NCBI GenBank assembly: GCA_003022365.1
Contig: PXOU01000007.1
Location: 227-64,226, forward strand
Reading direction: 5' to 3'
DNA length: 64,000 bases
DNA from: Candidatus Saccharibacteria bacterium QS_5_54_17
GTDB taxonomy: Bacteria > Patescibacteriota > Saccharimonadia > QS-5-54-17
Numbering within the stretch: the first letter of the stretch is position 1; every line of letters begins with the position of its first letter. A program made the translations under genes and the position numbers. Under the pieces are notes generated by a model. That model saw only the letters and a list, made by a program, of their open reading frames with translations. It had not been told where the DNA came from and ran no database searches. Positions 47,547-57,747 of the stretch are shown one piece after another.

Positions 47547-49943
47547 TCATTTGTGGCAGGCGACGGTTTCACCGCTGTCATAATTCTCAAGCATACCCGA
47601 GCCTATGGTCATGACGTCTTTCCAGCGGAAGCCGGCTTTGGTGTAAGAACGGGGAGTAACGATGTACCGGCGTACATCCGTTGTGCCGTCAGTATCGATA
47701 GCGAATACCTTGGGCGAGTCATCAGTGGTAACAGTGGTGCCGGTGCGGAGTGTCGAAAGCGAATTACCAGAAGTTAGTGCATCAATCTTGCCCTGGCTGA
47801 CTCTCCGAACGTCCCGCCGGCGTTTGTACCCGTGGCTTCCCAGAACGTTCGGGTGGGTGATATAGCGTTTCTTGCCATCTTCTGCTCGGAAGATCCTGTG
47901 TGTGTCACTGGATGTGAATACTAAACCGTCGGGAATGTCCGAACTGGCATAGACGGCAGGGCCGTCGCTGTAGCTATCCAGCCGCCGTTGGCTGACTTGG
48001 TAGGTAGGCGCATCATCGAGGTCGAATGTGTGGTATGCTTTAAGGCTGGAGATATGGCGTTTCACGTAACCGCTACTTGTTTTATCGATAATGAATATCT
48101 TGTTGCCGCTTTTTTGTTTGACGAGAGTCCCTTCACCGATTTTAATAGCATCGCCATCACTTAAATTACTTAATTCCCTCTTGGTAATATTGACTACTTT
48201 ACGGGAGCTGAGACGGTTGCTTCTGATGGCCAACGGGGATGTAAGATGGCGTTTTTTGCCGTTTTCGAGCAGGAAAATCTTACCGTTATCGGGGTTACGA
48301 ATAATTGTGCCGTTGGGCCGGGGATTGTCCGTGTACCCGAAACTGCAGAATACCTTGAGGTGGGTGCCGTAGTGGTTGTTGAAGGTGACGTTGTTTTCGC
48401 TGACCAAGCGCACGCCTTCGTAGTAGCGGCCGAAGGCGCCGCTCGGGCGTGCCCATTTGAACGTGAAGCTGCCGGTTTGCCCGGGGTCGACGCTATTTTC
48501 GTTCAGTACGGCCGGTGTTTGGCTGTCCAACCAGTCCCCGCCTTGGAAGTCGCTGCCCTCGCCCCGCGGACTGTCGGTTTTCAATAGCATTCGGTTAGTG
48601 GAATTGCTCCAGGTTTGGGTACCCGTGTTCTTGAACTCCATGGTGACTTGGGAACTCCTGTCGCCGCTGAGGTCCACCACCTTGAAATTAGTCAGCCGTG
48701 CGGCGTAGCCCCATGGATTATTACTGTTCTTGTCGGCCGTGTCCTGGCGGATGCTGTCCATTTTGTCGTAGAATAAGTCGCCGTTGCAGGTCGTATTGCC
48801 GGCGTCCCGATGGGCGGCGATGGTGGGAAGGTTGAGGCAGTTATTACCGTTTTCATCACAAAACTGGTGTGTGGTTTGGGGGTCGATTTCGAAACTGGTA
48901 GTTTTCCAGGACAGTAAGGTAGAGAGACTGTCCAGCGTGGCATCGGTGGGTGGGGTCACGTTGCCGTCGTTGAGTTCCTGACACGTCGAACTGTCACTTT
49001 GGAAACAGCCCAGTACCGCTACTCCCATGGAGCCTTTATTGTAATCACGGACGTGGCCGGCCCGTACGTGGTCGCCGCCGTAACGCCCCTCATAAATCGT
49101 TCCTTCGTGGTCGAGTAAATAATTGTAGCCGATATCGCCCCAGCCGAGTGTCTTAGCGTGATAGTCCCAAATCGCCCGGACGACTTCTTCGGGATTGGAT
49201 TGTTGATTGGAATGGACCGTGTGGTGGATGAAGATTTGCTCGGTGTCGTTGTACGTCGGGGGCCAGTAAGGACTGTCGCCCTGGAATTTGTCGCCGTTAG
49301 GGTCAGGGCTGTCCCACTCCGAACGCGTTACGATGTTCGGTCCGCCGTTGGCGGCGAATACCTTTTTGCCTAAGGCGGAGACTGCTTCGGTCGCTTTTTG
49401 AATGCCTGATTTGCGGGAATCAAGATAGGTCATTTTCATATCAGTAATCCTGGGCGATGCTTCATCCGGGGAATTCCGTTGTAAGGTAACGCGGTATTGG
49501 AAGTGGCTGCCTTCGAGGAAAATGGGTGTTTCCATGTAGGTTACCCCGGCCATGGGGTCGTTACCGCGTACGGACTTGACGGCATCTATTTCCATCCACC
49601 GCGTCCAGTCTGTGCCATCGCTTGAAACCCGGATTTCCACCGTGCGGTTTTGATTATCGGCTCGTGTTTCTTCCCACATGGGGGCAATGGCGTTGAACGG
49701 GTGGTTGGCTTCCAGTGGCTGGGAGGTTATGGTTTTTTGGGTGTCACGGCCGGAAATTTTCAGAACCGAAGGCCCGTTGTTTACGCCCAACACCTCCTGG
49801 CTGGAGCTTTGAATGCTGGTGTCTAATGGATTGGCAGTGGTCAAGTAGAAACCAGCAGACAGCAGGACAGCAACCACGGCGCCCATAATGATTTTTGATT
49901 TTTTGCTGGCGAACACGGTTTTGAGCGGAAAATGTATGTTCAT
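47547..49943 (-). CDS. Large secreted N-acetylmuramoyl-L-alanine amidase (Amidase_2/PGRP domain) with C-terminal targeting repeats.
   Basis: Signal peptide. The Amidase_2 region IHHTVHSNQ...WGDIGYNYLLDHEGTIYEGR...GHV...NKGSMGVAVLG. Repeats include KIFLLENGKKRHLTSP, KIFIIDKTSSGYVKRHIS and HRIFRAEDGKKRYITHP. Confidence 0.8.
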   Translation of the reverse strand: MNIHFPLKTVFASKKSKIIMGAVVAVLLSAGFYLTTANPLDTSIQSSSQEVLGVNNGPSVLKISGRDTQKTITSQPLEANHPFNAIAPMWEETRADNQNRTVEIRVSSDGTDWTRWMEIDAVKSVRGNDPMAGVTYMETPIFLEGSHFQYRVTLQRNSPDEASPRITDMKMTYLDSRKSGIQKATEAVSALGKKVFAANGGPNIVTRSEWDSPDPNGDKFQGDSPYWPPTYNDTEQIFIHHTVHSNQQSNPEEVVRAIWDYHAKTLGWGDIGYNYLLDHEGTIYEGRYGGDHVRAGHVRDYNKGSMGVAVLGCFQSDSSTCQELNDGNVTPPTDATLDSLSTLLSWKTTSFEIDPQTTHQFCDENGNNCLNLPTIAAHRDAGNTTCNGDLFYDKMDSIRQDTADKNSNNPWGYAARLTNFKVVDLSGDRSSQVTMEFKNTGTQTWSNSTNRMLLKTDSPRGEGSDFQGGDWLDSQTPAVLNENSVDPGQTGSFTFKWARPSGAFGRYYEGVRLVSENNVTFNNHYGTHLKVFCSFGYTDNPRPNGTIIRNPDNGKIFLLENGKKRHLTSPLAIRSNRLSSRKVVNITKRELSNLSDGDAIKIGEGTLVKQKSGNKIFIIDKTSSGYVKRHISSLKAYHTFDLDDAPTYQVSQRRLDSYSDGPAVYASSDIPDGLVFTSSDTHRIFRAEDGKKRYITHPNVLGSHGYKRRRDVRRVSQGKIDALTSGNSLSTLRTGTTVTTDDSPKVFAIDTDGTTDVRRYIVTPRSYTKAGFRWKDVMTIGSGMLENYDSGETVACHK

Positions 49944-49974
49944 ACTTTACTCATTATAACGCACATAGGACGGG

Positions 49975-50235
49975 TTATTCCTGCCTACCCTCTTTGTCAT
50001 TCCGAACCCTCTCCGTCACTCCTAACCCCATCCGTCATTCCGAATTTATTTCGGAATCCGGTCCTGAAATAGATCCTGAAATAAATTCAGGATGACAAAG
50101 AGAAAATTCATTATTACGAGGCTACCCTCTCTGTCATTCCGGCCACCGAGCCGGGATCCATTAACCCGATATGATTCTGAAACGGATCCTGAAACAAGTT
50201 CAGGATGACATCCGGAGCCGGGTCCGGGATAACAA
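49975..50235. repeat. Composite repeat block R9.
   Basis: It contains tgtcattccgaa..., cggtcctgaaatagatcctgaaataaattcaggatgaca, tgtcattccggccaccgagccgggat and gatcctgaaacaagttcaggatgaca. Confidence 0.8.
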
Positions 50236-50254
50236 AAACAAGGAAAACGACAAT

Positions 50255-52474
50255 TTAGTTAATAGGATCGCCGTCCTGGCTGGGCAAGTCATTAGTATCG
50301 ACTTGGAACGAACGGGAAGAACCCAGGCCCAACACGCGGTAAATTAACAGCGTTTTAATGTGGCGTTTTTCGATATTACCGTTACTGTCGTAGTTTACTG
50401 CGTACAATGGCGGGTCGTCATCCGTTACTAACGTGCCTTCGCGAAAATCAAGGGAATTCCCAGTGCCTAAGTTCATATCGTCCTTCGTGGCTTCTTTGAC
50501 GCCGCCACGGAATTGGTGGCTTTTGAGCACGGCGGGCGATTTCACGTATCGTCGTTGGCTATTTTCCACCAAATAAATTTGGGGTTTGCCGTCCGGACTG
50601 ATGAGTACGCCGTCGGGGTGTTGGTCGGCCGAGGAAACTGCCGGGCCGTCTTCGCCGGGGAGTACCCGCGGCTTCACTTTCATGACTTCCGAATTACTAA
50701 ATCCGAGCCCGTGGAAAACGCTGGGAGAGCCGATATGGCGTTTGCGTACCGAGCCGCTATCGTGGTCGATGATATAAATCTTGGTATCGTTGGTGGGCGT
50801 AACCAACGTTCCTTCCCGTAATGGCAATGAATTGCCGGAGTTAAGATTGGCGTCGGGAAGCGTAGTCCGTTTGATGCGTTTCCATTGGAAATTATGGCTG
50901 TTGAAAATGGCCGGGTCCGTTATGTAGCGGCGTTTCCCGTTTTCCAGCAGGAATACTCTCGGGTTGCCGACGGTGCTTATGAGTGTACCGTCGGGGTGGG
51001 TACTGTCAGCATGCTTGTTCGCTTTATGGATATTCAAGCGGCCAAACCCGTGTTTCTTAGTTCTGGTGCTGCCCATTTCAGATACTTTGTCCACGCCTTT
51101 TTGCAGATTGGTGCGGATTTGATTGAACGTGGCGTCCGGAAACATACCTTTTAGTAGCGCGGCGGTGCCGGTGACGTGCGGGGTGGAAAGGGAGGTGCCG
51201 CTGGCGTTACCAACGTATTCGCGATTGCCGTTTGCTTCGGACGGAGCGGTCAGGGCGGGGACGTCCTTGCCGGGGGCGATCAGATCCAACTGGTCACCGT
51301 AATTGGAGAATAATGCCCGTTTGTCTTCTACCGTAGAGGCACCCACCGCTAACGTGTGCCGGGAAGCAGCCGGGTAACAGACGTGGTCATCGCCGTTGTT
51401 GCCACTGGCGGCGGCGGTTATGATGCCGTTGTTCCGGGCCTCCTTCAGCGCCTCCTCGAGCTTATCGTCGATGATGTCGCAACTGCCATTGTCGTCATAT
51501 ATAGCCAGGCTGAGATTAATCGCGTCGGCGCCGTTATCCGTGGCGTATTCGACGGCTGAAACCACGCGAGCGGTAGTAGCTCTTCCATACCCGTCGAATA
51601 CCCGCAGATTCATGATTTTAGCCTTCCAATCGGTGCCGGCTACCAGGGTATTATTATTTGTTTTGGCGGCCGCGATAGACCCGACAACAGTGCCATGCCC
51701 GACATATCGAGCATCTCCGTCGTTTTTATTCAATAAACTTTTATCGTTCTCGTTGTCGCAGGAATAGGGTTGGGGACCATTATCGCCGCTACTCGTGGTG
51801 TCGGTGTCATTCGGGCAGTCGCTGCCGCTGGCGTAGCCACCGGTGAAGTCCCAGCCATATTTGTCGTCGGTATATCCGTTCAAGTCATCGTCTGTATCAT
51901 TAAGGCCGTTTACTTCGTCGCTATTCTCCCATCGTTGCGAATCAACCATATCGTTATGGTCATGATATGGGTCCTGGTTGAACAAAACGCCGCTGTCCAC
52001 GATGGCGATGATGGTATCAGTTGAGCCGGTGGTGATGTCCCACCCCTTAGGAGCGTCCGTTTTTTTCATGTTCCACTGTTCGGAATATTTGGAGTCGTTG
52101 GGAGTTTTGGTGAGCTGGTACTTGTAGTTTGGGGAGATATCCAGGCTTTCGGTTTGCATGCCCGAAAGGGAAGCACCCCCTTCGGGGCTAAGGGCCCCCT
52201 TGACCTTACCGGGCGAGCCGTTAAACGTCACAAGTGTTTCATTGTCTGGAAGCGGAAACGTGCGTTTGATTCCCAACCCGGCTTTTTCGGCGGCAGTTTT
52301 GATTTCTGCTACTTGTTTATCAGGCAACCGGATGATGCTGCTATCAGCCGGCGGTTTCGGTTCTGATTCCTGCCCTTTCACTGCGCCGGGGAGTAAAACG
52401 GTGCCCAGGATGATAAAAACCGCTCCGGCAGCAGTTGAGAGAGAAAAGAGAGAAAAGTATTTCATGAAAATCAA
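50255..52474 (-). CDS. Secreted subtilisin-like serine protease (peptidase S8) with C-terminal targeting repeats.
   Basis: Catalytic triad contexts AIVDSGV, HGTVVGSIAA and GTSLSTPHVTGTAALL. Signal peptide. Repeats PRVFLLENGKRRYITDP, PQIYLVENSQRRYVKSP and PPLYAV. Confidence 0.85.
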   Translation of the reverse strand: MIFMKYFSLFSLSTAAGAVFIILGTVLLPGAVKGQESEPKPPADSSIIRLPDKQVAEIKTAAEKAGLGIKRTFPLPDNETLVTFNGSPGKVKGALSPEGGASLSGMQTESLDISPNYKYQLTKTPNDSKYSEQWNMKKTDAPKGWDITTGSTDTIIAIVDSGVLFNQDPYHDHNDMVDSQRWENSDEVNGLNDTDDDLNGYTDDKYGWDFTGGYASGSDCPNDTDTTSSGDNGPQPYSCDNENDKSLLNKNDGDARYVGHGTVVGSIAAAKTNNNTLVAGTDWKAKIMNLRVFDGYGRATTARVVSAVEYATDNGADAINLSLAIYDDNGSCDIIDDKLEEALKEARNNGIITAAASGNNGDDHVCYPAASRHTLAVGASTVEDKRALFSNYGDQLDLIAPGKDVPALTAPSEANGNREYVGNASGTSLSTPHVTGTAALLKGMFPDATFNQIRTNLQKGVDKVSEMGSTRTKKHGFGRLNIHKANKHADSTHPDGTLISTVGNPRVFLLENGKRRYITDPAIFNSHNFQWKRIKRTTLPDANLNSGNSLPLREGTLVTPTNDTKIYIIDHDSGSVRKRHIGSPSVFHGLGFSNSEVMKVKPRVLPGEDGPAVSSADQHPDGVLISPDGKPQIYLVENSQRRYVKSPAVLKSHQFRGGVKEATKDDMNLGTGNSLDFREGTLVTDDDPPLYAVNYDSNGNIEKRHIKTLLIYRVLGLGSSRSFQVDTNDLPSQDGDPIN

Positions 52475-52749
52475 ACCCCTTCCTTCAGTTTATCAACTAA
52501 AGCATGTTTGATATACACCGCCGCGCGGTTATAAGGAGTAGTAGTTGGTATGTTTTTGATGGATTGCATGTTTTTGCTTTCTTCGCCTCCATATAGGCAA
52601 ACTTAGTAATCAATAATAACATCTAAAAACCCTTGTGTCAAAACTTCAAATACTTCAATACGACACCGAGCTTGGGCACAAACAGCAAGACAAACAGCAA
52701 TGACAGTCCTTGTTACCTCCTGGCTACCCCACGTATTTATTAGTATTGT

Positions 52750-53247
52750 TTGAAACATTCAAACGGCATTGATACACGTGGTAATATTAAGGACCTGGGG
52801 TATGTCCTCGAAGCTCTTTACCAGCTTCATACAAATAAACTACCCCCCTCTCTTATCAAGGAGTTGATGATGACGCTCCCAGGCAATCCGGAAAATCAAC
52901 CCAAAGCAGAGACGCGAGAGCAGCTTGTGCGATATTGGGAGAATTCTTTGGATAAACTACAAGAAGAAGATGATGCTGTTGTGGCAGGCTATATTCTCGG
53001 CGATATTGTCGATACTGAGTTTTGGGAAGATGAATGGATGCAAAGCGAAGAGGCTGACCCGGAGATCATCGAAGTACACGACTTAGTAGCGGCTCTCGAA
53101 ATTCCCGGTGGTGAAACTATTTTTTCTTTCGAAGATGACGGCCCCATTAGCCGTGAGCAAGCATGGGACCGGGTTAAAGAAGGAATTGAGTCATTAAAAA
53201 AGAAGTATCTTCCGGCTGAAGAACAAAGCGGATCTCAAAACGGGTGA
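52750..53247 (+). CDS. Small acidic cytoplasmic protein of unknown function.
   Basis: A 165-aa ORF with non-repetitive composition, isolated between a repeat block and the protease gene. No recognisable motifs. Confidence 0.4.
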   Translation: MKHSNGIDTRGNIKDLGYVLEALYQLHTNKLPPSLIKELMMTLPGNPENQPKAETREQLVRYWENSLDKLQEEDDAVVAGYILGDIVDTEFWEDEWMQSEEADPEIIEVHDLVAALEIPGGETIFSFEDDGPISREQAWDRVKEGIESLKKKYLPAEEQSGSQNG

Positions 53248-53274
53248 TTGGAAACAGAACAGGAGAGAAAACCG

Positions 53275-53560
53275 ACTTTGGCGTTTTCCTTTTTTCTGTC
53301 ATCCCGGACCCCGCCCGCACTGAGCCTGTCCGCATTGGGCGGACAAGGTCGAAGTGATCCGGGACCGGTTTCAGGATCGGTTTCAGAACTGGATTCCGAA
53401 CCAAGCCTGCCTACCGGCAAGGCAGGTTCGGAATGACAAAAAGGTTTTGCATTTTTCCACTTGCTTCTTACTTCTTACTGATTGCTTCTTATTCCTGTCA
53501 TTCCTGAAACAAGTTCAGGACAGGCTATGACCCCGATCCGGGATCCGTTTCAGGATCTAC
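53275..53560. repeat. Composite repeat block R10.
   Basis: It contains tgtcatcccggaccccgcc, the ggattccgaaccaagcctgcctaccggcaaggcaggttcggaatgaca palindrome, the CT-rich module cacttgcttcttacttcttactgattgcttcttattcc and tgtcattcctgaaacaagttcaggacaggct. Confidence 0.8.
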
Positions 53561-53627
53561 TCTCGCTACATCTTATCTATTCCAAATTAAAGTATACTTA
53601 AGCGTATTAACTTTTCAGAGAAGAAAG

Positions 53628-54344
53628 TTAATTGGCGCCGAACCACTTCTGCATGTAAGTGACGAAGTTGTAGTTTCCATAAAAGTATCGGTCATTGTAG
53701 GGACGCCAGGCGCTGTCGACCCGATGCGGGGTGTAGTTATACAGCGCGGCAGTGGCGCAGTTTTGTATATGGGTCGGTCTTCCGTCGATGGTGATTACGT
53801 TCCCTTTACTCCGTTGCGGATTCACCCGCCATTGCCAGGCGGATAGGTAGTCACCGCACGCTCGGTCGTAACCCGCCCGGAGAAGCTGGGTGCCCAGCTT
53901 CACTTGGTTGGCGAATCCATAGTATTCCGCTTCACAATCCGCGCCGTCGGGGCAGCCGTACCCCATGGCGGTCCGGTACTGCCATGGCTCCGGCGATGTT
54001 TCGGTGACCAACGAGTTCTCTTTCTGGAGCGTGACGAGTATGACCTTGGGGTTTATAGCGTGTTGCCGGGATAGGCGACGGATGATCTCGGCGGCGGATT
54101 CGCCCGTAGCCGGGTCTTGGTAATTCTTTAAGCATAAGTCATCGTCTTTGTCGCATTCGGTGCCTTTTTTATCCAGGAACTGCTGGATCTCCTGGGTCCG
54201 CATACCAAATCCGCCGGTAAAGACCCGGTCGCTAATTAGACGCTGGGTATATTTCCCGTCAATAGCCGGTAATTCCTGGGTGGCTCCGGGAGTAGGAAAT
54301 AAGACGACCCCCGCCCATAACAGTAATATCCACCTCCAACCCAT
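53628..54344 (-). CDS. Secreted lysozyme-like (glucosaminidase/SLT-like) cell-wall hydrolase.
   Basis: Signal peptide. The motif NPKVILVTLQKENSLVTETSPEPW...MGYGCPDGADC is shared with 32299-35304 and 8816-10018. Confidence 0.6.
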   Translation of the reverse strand: MGWRWILLLWAGVVLFPTPGATQELPAIDGKYTQRLISDRVFTGGFGMRTQEIQQFLDKKGTECDKDDDLCLKNYQDPATGESAAEIIRRLSRQHAINPKVILVTLQKENSLVTETSPEPWQYRTAMGYGCPDGADCEAEYYGFANQVKLGTQLLRAGYDRACGDYLSAWQWRVNPQRSKGNVITIDGRPTHIQNCATAALYNYTPHRVDSAWRPYNDRYFYGNYNFVTYMQKWFGAN

Positions 54345-54384
54345 ACTTCCTCCATTATACCTTTATACGAAGTGAAGCGCGAAA

Positions 54385-54700
54385 TAACCGATAATTCTGA
54401 ACGGAATCTGATCTGAAAAGATCCTGAAACAAGCCTGCCTGCCGGCAGGCAGGTTCAGGATGACAGGTTCAGGTGCGAAACTCACAAAAACATTATTGCA
54501 AGGACCGTCCTTGCAATACATAAATTGCCGCATAAGCTTTTGTTTAGCCAATCTTGCAAGGACGGTCCTTGCAATTGCGTGTCACGTCTTCCACTTACTT
54601 CTTACTGCTTACTGCTTGCTTCTTGTTCTTTGTTCCCTCTTTGTCATTCCGGCCGCCGAGCCGGAATCCAAGCAATCCAATTGGAATCTAAAAAAGTTTT
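54385..54700. repeat. Composite repeat block R11 plus two inverted copies of the 21-bp palindrome TTGCAAGGACCGTCCTTGCAA (54495-54515 and 54553-54574) upstream of rmlA.
   Basis: Direct reading of the sequence. The CT-rich module runs 54596-54640 and the tgtcattccggccgccgagccggaat hairpin follows. Confidence 0.8.
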
Positions 54701-55566
54701 TACTCCTGCTCTAAAATCTGCATCAAATACTGCCCGTAGCCGCTTTTAATCAGCGGCCGGGCCAGCTCTTCCAGTTGCGCGGGAGTGATATACCCTTCAC
54801 GATAGGCGACTTCTTCGGGGCAGCCGATTTTGAACCCCTGGCGCGACTCGATGACGTGGATGAAGTTAGCCGCGTCCATCAACGACTGGAAGGTGCCGGT
54901 ATCCAGCCAGGCGGTGCCACGGTCCAGCATGCCGACAGCCAGTTGGTTCTGATGCAAATATTCCGTCATCACGTCAGTAATCTCGTATTCACCCCGGGCG
55001 CTGGGCTCGATGCGCTTGGCAACATCTACCACGTCATTATCAAAGAAATACAAACCCGGAACCGCGTAGGATGACTTCGGTTCTTCCGGCTTTTCCTCGA
55101 TTGACACGGCTTTACCGGATCGGTCAAACTCGACGACGCCGTACCGCTGCGGGTCCGCTACGTGGTAGGCGAAGACCACGCCGCCGTCGGGATCGGTATA
55201 ATTTTTGAGCTTGTCGCCCAGTTCCGAGCCGTAAAATATATTGTCGCCGAGCACCAGTGCCGCGCTGTCATTGTCGATAAAATCTTCTGCCAATACGAAC
55301 GCGTGGGCCAAACCTTCCGGCTTTTCCTGCACAATGTAAGTGAATTGGCATCCCCACCCGGAACCGTCACCGAGTAACCGCTGGAACTGTTCCTGATCAT
55401 GCGGCGTCGTGATGATAGCGATCTCACGGATACCCGCCAACATCAGCGTGCTCAGCGGATAATAAATCATCGGCTTGTCATACACCGGCATGATCTGCTT
55501 GGATATGCCTTTGGTAATCGGATAAAGTCGAGTACCCGACCCGCCTGCTAAGATAATCCCTTTCAT
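54700..55566 (-). CDS. rfbA: Glucose-1-phosphate thymidylyltransferase.
   Basis: [24 protein letters not shown]...; the start is taken at MKG rather than the upstream in-frame M. Confidence 0.9.
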   Translation of the reverse strand: MKGIILAGGSGTRLYPITKGISKQIMPVYDKPMIYYPLSTLMLAGIREIAIITTPHDQEQFQRLLGDGSGWGCQFTYIVQEKPEGLAHAFVLAEDFIDNDSAALVLGDNIFYGSELGDKLKNYTDPDGGVVFAYHVADPQRYGVVEFDRSGKAVSIEEKPEEPKSSYAVPGLYFFDNDVVDVAKRIEPSARGEYEITDVMTEYLHQNQLAVGMLDRGTAWLDTGTFQSLMDAANFIHVIESRQGFKIGCPEEVAYREGYITPAQLEELARPLIKSGYGQYLMQILEQE

Positions 55567-55626
55567 ACACAAACAGGGTATAGGATTCAATTACTAGGAT
55601 CTAGTGCGCAAGGACCATCCTTGTTA

Positions 55627-56628
<1,002 letters not shown>

Positions 56629-56799
56629 TCAGCATATAGCAGCCCGCACCCGAGCGTCCAGTTAATAAACGCTGCCATATGTCCCGTCACGGGCTCATGG
56701 TTAGTTACGGTTACTATGCTTCCCTCGCCTCGAGCAAAAGGAAGAATGCTGGTAAAAACATGTATATTGCTGCACAATTACAATAAAGGGTGTTTATAG

Positions 56800-57747
56800 A
56801 TGGACCAGACTGATAAACCCGCACCGGAATCAACGGTGAAAAACCCGTTTTGGCGGCGAAAGACATTTTGGTTGATCGCCATTGTCACGCTGGTTTTAAT
56901 CGGTTTGGCGGGTCTTCAAACCCATAACTTACTAACTAAAAGTTCGCGTAAGCAACGGGTTTTACAGCAGTATGAACAGCGGCGGGAGGAGCTTCGCCGG
57001 CAACAAAGACAAGCTGCCACCGAAAGAGCCCGACAGCACAGGGAAGCTCACGAGCAATTTCAAAACGTGTCGAGCCAGAATTTTCAAAAACCTTCCTGCG
57101 AGCAACTAGAAAACCGCAAAGCCATTATCATCCAAAACAGTGCCTGCGATTATCGGGTAAGGGCGGTCGGTACGAGTAAAATGGCGGTTGTATTGTTCTA
57201 TCACAACTCTCCTGAGACAGGGCAGTTTACGCAGAAAAACCCGGACAATGTCAAAAGCATGCACTACCTCAATACCTACTTGAGCGAGCAAGCGGAACGC
57301 TACGGGATTGATGATGTGAGGGTGGAATTGACCACCTACGGGCCGTATGAGCTATCACAATCGACGAGATTGGATAAAAATTCCCATGGCGAAGTGTTTG
57401 AAGTCTACAAAGAAACCTCTAAGGGAAACAACGTTCCCGAAGATAAGTACGACATGGTCCATTATGTTGAGCTTGATACTGGAGACCGAAAAGGAGTAGC
57501 CTCGCCAAGCTCGCACCGCGCATTTACGAAAAGCAAATCGGTAGGAGTTTTCGTCCATGAAACACTGCATCTTTTCGGGGCGGAAGATAAATATCATAAT
57601 GACGATTGCACCACGATAGGTACTAACGATCCATTCCAGCGGCGCGACGATCCGGAACGCGGCCTCGATATCATGTGCAACAGTTACCATATACAGTATA
57701 GTGTAATTAATGATATAACCGCGAGGGAAATAGGATGGCCCAACTAG
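56800..57747 (+). CDS. Membrane-anchored or secreted zinc metallopeptidase (HExxH).
   Basis: N-terminal TM. The zincin motif VFVHETLHLFGAEDKYH. Confidence 0.5.
   Translation: MDQTDKPAPESTVKNPFWRRKTFWLIAIVTLVLIGLAGLQTHNLLTKSSRKQRVLQQYEQRREELRRQQRQAATERARQHREAHEQFQNVSSQNFQKPSCEQLENRKAIIIQNSACDYRVRAVGTSKMAVVLFYHNSPETGQFTQKNPDNVKSMHYLNTYLSEQAERYGIDDVRVELTTYGPYELSQSTRLDKNSHGEVFEVYKETSKGNNVPEDKYDMVHYVELDTGDRKGVASPSSHRAFTKSKSVGVFVHETLHLFGAEDKYHNDDCTTIGTNDPFQRRDDPERGLDIMCNSYHIQYSVINDITAREIGWPN

Noticed and set aside
32299-54344. Prophage or lysis cassette interpretation for the clustered amidase, lysozyme-like and peptidase genes
   Set aside because: No capsid, terminase, portal, integrase or holin-endolysin pairing is present. 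The hydrolases are very large, carry signal peptides and shared targeting repeats, and are scattered among glycan-biosynthesis genes. This is more consistent with secreted housekeeping or host-directed enzymes.
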